Assembly: GCF_000281045.1 (NCBI RefSeq)
Contig: NW_008246077.1
Span: 657,264 to 721,263, forward strand
Source: Saprolegnia diclina VS20
Lineage: Eukaryota
DNA: 64,000 nt
Reading direction: 5' to 3'
The position numbers and the translations under genes are program-made. The notes beneath the pieces were generated by a model. That model did not search any database. It was not told the origin of the DNA and worked only from the letters and a program-made list of their open reading frames with translations. Below, in pieces: positions 60,469 through 64,000 of this stretch; the first letter of the stretch is position 1, and each line of letters starts with the position of its first letter.

Positions 60469-61516
60469 CCTGCGCCTGACAATTCCGTCAATGAATTTCT
60501 GGCACGAAGTCTTTTTATCCGGATGTTCCGGTCGCCCATTCGAACGTTCGGAAGGGGCAAGACGGCGAGGATGGGCAGGCGGCCGATCCCGACGCATGCT
60601 CGCCCTCGACCGCTTGCGACTGCTTCACGCAGCTGCGCGAACCCATCATCTCGATACTGGTACGCATCGCTCGTGGCCTACACGAGGCGCAACTCGGCCA
60701 AGGACGCCCTGCAGAAGAGCGGGTGTCTTGACAAGGCGACGCCTGGTCTTGAACTCCAGCGCGCGCAAGCTCGACCGCTCTCGGGTCATTCTGGATACTA
60801 AGTTATTGGATACCGGCGTTGGCGCGTTGGGTGCTCGTTAACGGTATCCTGGTGGCTCCAGCAAATCCATACATGGAGTGACGTCGAGCGCACATTCGGC
60901 GAGTGAGCGGCGTCGTTGCGATCATCGTCTTTTGCAGCAGCTCCTCGGATGCGAGTGATGGCAGTACGAGAGCACGTGATGGCAAGTGCAAGTGCGCTAC
61001 GGGCGTCCAGGGCCGTCGCTGACACGGACGCAACCTTGCGTAAACCTCTCGTGCATGGGTTAGCCACTGACGTGCAACGATGCCATGGTGGAAGCCTACG
61101 AGCAGCTCTGTGTCATTGCGAGTGCTCGGGACGCTGCGGTGGTCGTTTGTTATAAGGCGCAAATCGGGTGGTAAGCTTACATACTTACATACTGTTGTTG
61201 AGCAGTGCTTGGTTTCGAGCCGCGGCAAGAGAGGTGCACGCCCTCGTACGAGCCGTCATGGGGTGGGGCATACGGCGCGCACTGCACTTGGTGCTCTGCC
61301 GTCCGAGTCGAACTCTCGGTCGGAGTTGCGGTTCTCGCAGCGGCAGCACTCGCAGCGGCGACGAATGGCTGCCCTTCTGCCACAAAATGAAAGAAGACCG
61401 TGCAATGTATCAAAATATCAACATGTGGTCTGTGGCTTGGGCGCTGAGCCGCCCAATTGCATATTTTGTCCATGCGGCGTATCCGGACAAGTTGCAGTCA
61501 TTTTGGATCGACGAAG

Positions 61517-62413
61517 ATGCCAGTGACGACGACGGACGGTGTGGTGGCGCTGACGCACCGCGGGTCGGGCGCGAGCGCCCACGTGCACCTGTATGGCGCC
61601 ACGGTCACGTCATTCGTGCCTAAAGCCGGCGCCGAAGACCTGCTCTTTCTCTCGACGCGCGCAGCCTTGAACGGCTCCAAGCCCATCCGCGGTGGCATCC
61701 CGCTCGTCTTCCCGCAGTTTGGCGCCGGCCTCGTGCCCTCGACGCTGCCGTCGCATGGATTTGCACGCACGAGCAAGTGGTCGCTCGTCGAATCGGAGGA
61801 CCTCGAGGCCTCGACGTCGGCAACGTTTGCGCTTTCGACTGCCAAGGGCGAGCTGGCCGCTTGGCCACATGCCGTGCGCCTCGTGTACATTGTCACGATC
61901 GCGCAGCACCAGCTCACGACGGCGCTGCACATCACCAACACGGACACGGACGAGTGGAGCTGCCAGGCGCTTTTGCACACGTACTTGCGCGTCGCGGCGC
62001 CGCCGTCGCTGACCAACGACGAGCTCCCGGGCGTCCGCGTCCATGGCCTCAAGGGCTCGAGCTACATGAGTAAGGTGTCCAACACGACGCAGATTGAAGA
62101 CCGTGACCACGTGACGATCGCGTCCGAGACCGACAGCGTGTACACGGACGCACCCGATACGATCATCGTCCAGGCCGGTGTCGGCAACACCGTGCGCATC
62201 GAGAAGCGCGCGTCGCTGCTCGGGGCACGCGCGCTCCCGAGCGACGCCGTTGTTTGGAACCCATGGACCGAGAAGGCGCATGGCCTTGGCGACTTTGGCG
62301 ACGAAGAGTACCCGCAAATGCTGTGCGTCGAGCCTGGCGTCGTCTCGCGCCTCCAGCCCATCCGGCCGGCGGAAACCCTTGTGCTCAAGCAAGTGCTCAC
62401 GCTCGCTGCGTGA
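61517..62413 (+). CDS. Glucose-6-phosphate 1-epimerase (aldose 1-epimerase family)
   Basis: IRGGIPLVFPQFG, HGFAR, LHTY, VWNPW and MLCVEPG. Confidence 0.93.
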   Translation: MPVTTTDGVVALTHRGSGASAHVHLYGATVTSFVPKAGAEDLLFLSTRAALNGSKPIRGGIPLVFPQFGAGLVPSTLPSHGFARTSKWSLVESEDLEASTSATFALSTAKGELAAWPHAVRLVYIVTIAQHQLTTALHITNTDTDEWSCQALLHTYLRVAAPPSLTNDELPGVRVHGLKGSSYMSKVSNTTQIEDRDHVTIASETDSVYTDAPDTIIVQAGVGNTVRIEKRASLLGARALPSDAVVWNPWTEKAHGLGDFGDEEYPQMLCVEPGVVSRLQPIRPAETLVLKQVLTLAA

Positions 62414-62752
62414 CTCCAGACCCGTCCGACAGGAAGCGCAACTGCATATCTCTAATCCAACGCCATGCTGCATTGTCGTTGTGTGTACCATTACATACCG
62501 TGCGGTCTTGCTGCATCCGAGGTCCGAGGTCGAGGACGAGAGCAGCGCTTGCCTTGTACGAGCAGCCCATAGAGTCCAGGTAGTTGGTCCAGCCGACCAG
62601 GTCAAGCTGGTGCAAAGACAGCCCGTCTGGATGCGTCGAGTAGCCACCGATGGATTCTTCAACCCACGTCAGACGGCGTGGGACGTGCTCGTAGTGTTCC
62701 GAAAACGACGACCGACCGACCATTGGGCTTTTCTTGCCAGGAAGCTGCCTTC

Positions 62753-63508
62753 ATGAACACGGTCCTGCGCGACCACACGCTCTTCTGCGAGATCACGGGA
62801 TACCAGCGCGGACTCTTGGACGACCTACGCCCGCTCTACCGCGAGTGGACGACGATGGTCGATGGCTTTGGCAACATCGTGCATCTTGCGCCGCGCTACA
62901 AGCCGTACGCCCTCGCCAGCGAAGTCGCGGCGCGACCGCCCATCTACACAAGCTTCTACTACCTCGGCTTGGACACGCGACGGCCCGACCCGCGCTTCCT
63001 CGTCTATATGGCCGTCGTCATGGGTGACCTCGACCGCCTCGTGCGATGGCGGCGCTGCATGGACGCACCGCCACCCCGGCTTTTTGCGCTCGCCGTGCGC
63101 CATGGCCACCTTCACATACTGACGCATCTGCATGGTCGTCACCTCATTGATGCATCGTCTGTGGCGCACATGGCGTTGATGGACGTAGCGGCTGCGCATG
63201 GCCATGTGGCGATCGTCGACTACCTGCACCGCCATGCGCTGGGCACATGCAGCGTCGAGGCCATGGACGCTGCGGCGACCAACGGCCATCTCGAGGTGGT
63301 GCGCTACCTGAGCACGCACCGGGACGAAGGGTGCACGGTGGCGGCGCTCGAAGGCGCGGCGTGCAAAGGCCACGTCCGGATCGTGCAGTTTCTCTTGCTC
63401 GGTTATCGCAATCAAGTGCCGGCGTTGCGGTTTGCCTATGACGTGGCATGGGCCAACGGCCATGGCGACGTGGCCGACGTGCTGCGCCCATACATTTTGA
63501 CGGCGTAG
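62753..63508 (+). CDS. Ankyrin-repeat protein (lineage-expanded oomycete type)
   Basis: Repeats MDVAAAHGH, MDAAATNGHLEVVRYL..HRDEGCT and AACKGH. N-terminal VLRD..LF.EITGYQ.G. Confidence 0.85.
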   Translation: MNTVLRDHTLFCEITGYQRGLLDDLRPLYREWTTMVDGFGNIVHLAPRYKPYALASEVAARPPIYTSFYYLGLDTRRPDPRFLVYMAVVMGDLDRLVRWRRCMDAPPPRLFALAVRHGHLHILTHLHGRHLIDASSVAHMALMDVAAAHGHVAIVDYLHRHALGTCSVEAMDAAATNGHLEVVRYLSTHRDEGCTVAALEGAACKGHVRIVQFLLLGYRNQVPALRFAYDVAWANGHGDVADVLRPYILTA

Positions 63509-63688
63509 CCACTTGCGATACACCAACAAGACGAACTAGACTAGAGTCGTATTAATCGTACGCATCGGAACGAGTTGGGATGGTGGGATGGAGCCCATGG
63601 GCGTGGGATCATACATAAGAAGGTGGTTATGCACGCGCCTACGATCGGCACGGACGGGGAGCAAGTAGACACAGGAAGGACGTGGGAC

Positions 63689-64000
63689 TTAGACCGCCGC
63701 CGTAAAGCCGCGTGGCGACCCGTCGAGCCATTGGCTCAGCTGCGGGCTCGTCAGCGACGGCGTCATCGAGTGGTCAAAGCCAAACGTATCGTGCTGGAGG
63801 CCGAGCGCGACGTCGATCGTCGGCGGCTTGAACGGCTTCTTGACGAGAGGTGCCGGCGCACTGGTCGTCGATGGCGGGAACGCTACCGAGACGTTGACGT
63901 CGGTGCGGAGACGGAGCGGCGGCACCGGGTCCATGTAAAAGTCCGAGTCCATTTCGGCGGGAAAGTCAATGTCGTCAAACGAAAACTTGGGCGTCGCCTT
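63689..64000 (-). CDS. C-terminal fragment of a gene extending beyond the window
   Basis: The frame is open from the window edge to the stop at 63689, with coding-like codon usage. Confidence 0.5.
   Translation of the reverse strand, partial: KATPKFSFDDIDFPAEMDSDFYMDPVPPLRLRTDVNVSVAFPPSTTSAPAPLVKKPFKPPTIDVALGLQHDTFGFDHSMTPSLTSPQLSQWLDGSPRGFTAAV

Noticed and set aside
1..64000. Prokaryotic operon, defence island or phage interpretation
   Set aside because: Spliceosomal introns and eukaryote-specific genes occur throughout. Apparent frameshifts in the ORF track are explained by introns.

Overview
Gene-dense, GC-rich eukaryotic DNA with many very short (mostly ~40-70 nt) spliceosomal introns. 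This is most consistent with an oomycete, probably Saprolegnia-like (inferred from intron size and gene families; not database-verified). About 30 protein-coding genes were assembled by hand-splicing, so coordinates are start-to-stop spans that include introns. They encode a CDF metal transporter, Cys-GPx, a mucin-like membrane protein, NOP14, an enkurin-domain protein, SBDS, ZMAT2/Snu23, two divergent GAF-phosphodiesterases, two degenerate aldo-keto reductase-fold proteins, an ankyrin-(pseudo)kinase, an NYN RNase with KH-like and polyQ regions, a DZIP1-like protein, an atypical Rab-like GTPase, a DCAF7-like WD40 protein, a TPR-DNAJC8 fusion, RPC4, a Pro/Gly-C2-EF-hand protein, a pseudouridine synthase, CCDC97, a RING-Tudor-BRCT protein, a TBC RabGAP, a 2H-phosphoesterase/P-loop kinase, an ankyrin-pseudokinase-Tudor protein, a ZZ coiled-coil protein, a hexose-6-P epimerase and an ankyrin protein. 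There are three assembly gaps, and I recognised no rRNA, tRNA, CRISPR array or intact transposon. Highlights: a textbook U12-type AT-AC intron; a recurrent TCCGGATAA promoter motif; a head-to-head PDE pair, one lacking the invariant Gln; an array of phase-1 micro-exons; two putative RNA cleavage/repair enzymes with reversed domain order; and several pseudoenzymes.
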